Below are positions 30,979 to 32,000 of a stretch of 32,000 nt of DNA, one piece after another. Within the stretch, counting starts at the first letter, position 1. Every line of letters starts with the position of its first letter. The stretch spans positions 60,001 through 92,000 of the forward strand of contig NZ_BCZP01000003.1 in the NCBI RefSeq assembly GCF_001598795.1. Direction: 5' to 3'. The stretch is from Delftia acidovorans NBRC 14950 (GTDB taxonomy: Bacteria > Pseudomonadota > Gammaproteobacteria > Burkholderiales > Burkholderiaceae_C). Made by a program: the position numbers and the translations under genes. The notes under the pieces are model-generated. The model was given only the letters and a program-made list of their open reading frames with translations, did not search any database and was not told where the DNA came from.

Positions 30979-32000
30979 ATGGAAACCTATGTACTCGATA
31001 CCTGGTACCCGCTGACCTGGTCGCGCAACGTGGGCCGCCAGCTGTCGGCGCACCGCATCGTCGAACGCGACGTGGTGCTCTACCGCACCGAGGCCGGCGC
31101 CGTCGTGGCCATGGAGGACGCCTGCCCCCACCGCCTGCTGCCGCTGTCCATGGGCAAGCTCAAGGGCGATGCCATCGAATGCGGCTACCACGGCCTGACC
31201 TTCGACTGCAGCGGCCGCTGCACGCGCGTGCCGGGCCAGGACATGATCCCGGGCAACGCCGTGGTGACCACCTATCCGGTCAAGGAGAACATGGGCCTGG
31301 TCTGGATCTGGATGGGCGATCCCTCGCGCGCCGACAGCGTGCCGGTGTTCGACCTGCCCCAGTACCACGACCCGGCGTGGAGCGCCGTCGAAGGCGATGC
31401 GCTGCGCATAGAGGCCAACTACCTGAACCTGGCCGACAACCTCTGCGACCCCGCCCATGTGAGCTTCGTTCACCTGAGCACGCTGGGCAACGCGGCCAGC
31501 GAGGACATCCCCGTGCACCACGAGGAGCTGGACGGCCGCATCGTCACCTGGCGCTGGATCATCGATGCGCCGGCCATTCCGCTGTTCGCCAAGTACGGCA
31601 ATTTCAGCGGCAACGTGGACCGCTGGCACTACTACCACTACCACGCGCCCAGCATCGCCATCATCGACTTCGGCAGTGCCGCCACGGGCACGGGCGCCCC
31701 CGAGGGCCGGCGCGACAACTGCATGCAGATCTATGCCTGCCACTTCATGACGCCCGTGGACCGGAACACCTCCATCGACCACTGGCTGCACGTCAAGAAC
31801 TTCACGGCCGATGCCGACACCAATGCGGCCCTCTCTGCCGACTTCCGCGTCGCCTTCGCCGAGGACAAGGCCATCCTCGAAGCCATAGAGCGCAACGAAA
31901 AGCGCTTTGCCACGCGCAAGACCATCAAGATCGCCATCGATGCGGCCCCCCGGCGCATGCGCCGCATGGTGGACCGCATGATCGAGGGCGCGCCCACGGG
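30979..32000 (+). CDS. Rieske [2Fe-2S] non-heme-iron oxygenase, VanA-like (vanillate O-demethylase oxygenase subunit family); 3' end beyond the window
   Basis: Truncated, so absent from the ORF track. My translation from ATG 30979 gives METYVLDTWYPLTWSRNV..., which stays open to the window end. The Rieske motif is CPHRLLPLS...CGYHGLTF. The mononuclear iron motif is NLADNLCDPAHVSFVH. Confidence 0.88.
   Translation, partial: METYVLDTWYPLTWSRNVGRQLSAHRIVERDVVLYRTEAGAVVAMEDACPHRLLPLSMGKLKGDAIECGYHGLTFDCSGRCTRVPGQDMIPGNAVVTTYPVKENMGLVWIWMGDPSRADSVPVFDLPQYHDPAWSAVEGDALRIEANYLNLADNLCDPAHVSFVHLSTLGNAASEDIPVHHEELDGRIVTWRWIIDAPAIPLFAKYGNFSGNVDRWHYYHYHAPSIAIIDFGSAATGTGAPEGRRDNCMQIYACHFMTPVDRNTSIDHWLHVKNFTADADTNAALSADFRVAFAEDKAILEAIERNEKRFATRKTIKIAIDAAPRRMRRMVDRMIEGAPT

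Noticed and set aside
1-32000. Search for CRISPR arrays, tRNA/rRNA genes, IS elements, integrases, toxin-antitoxin or defence-type gene clusters
   Set aside because: I found no direct-repeat/spacer arrays, cloverleaf-like sequences, terminal inverted repeats or transposase/integrase motifs. Outside intergenic spacers, GC content and codon bias look uniform, so there is no sign of a recently acquired island.

Overview
High-GC (about two-thirds G+C) proteobacterial chromosome segment. Gene content, including a Klebsiella-style nas system and an IPTL-CTERM surface protein, suggests a Burkholderiales/Comamonadaceae-like betaproteobacterium, but that is a low-confidence inference. I call 24 protein-coding genes, two of them truncated at the window edges and absent from the ORF track. 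I found no rRNA, tRNA, CRISPR array, transposase or integrase.

Left half (1-15.3 kb): a split assimilatory nitrate regulon. It comprises nasR (NIT + ANTAR antiterminator) and a nasFED-type nitrate ABC transporter. An oppositely oriented trio follows (Aer-like PAS chemoreceptor, DUF937, CBS-pair protein). A second unit then encodes a NirB-N-terminal-like flavoprotein reductase, the NasA molybdoenzyme, a YbiB/TrpD2-like protein and CobA (siroheme branch).

The most notable result comes from the non-coding DNA. Both nas units carry the same leader layout:
- a near-consensus sigma54 -24/-12 promoter
- upstream GCACC-N5-GGTGC NtrC-like repeats
- small hairpins with AAnGnC hexaloops
- an intrinsic terminator built on a shared GGACAAnGGCGTCAC motif

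This points to two paralogous NasR/ANTAR attenuators. No nitrite reductase is present in the window.

Right half: an orphan BvgS-like hybrid sensor kinase, a thioesterase, an HI0933 flavoprotein, rpsU-yqeY, and a LysR/D-malate (tartrate) dehydrogenase pair. It continues with a large IPTL-CTERM secreted repeat protein, glutathione reductase, a TtuB-like MFS transporter and a porin. A TetR regulator closes the window, with two perfect 16-bp palindromic operators facing a VanA-like Rieske oxygenase.

I see no evidence of a defence island or mobile element. The findings are regulatory or architectural oddities, not a clearly novel system.
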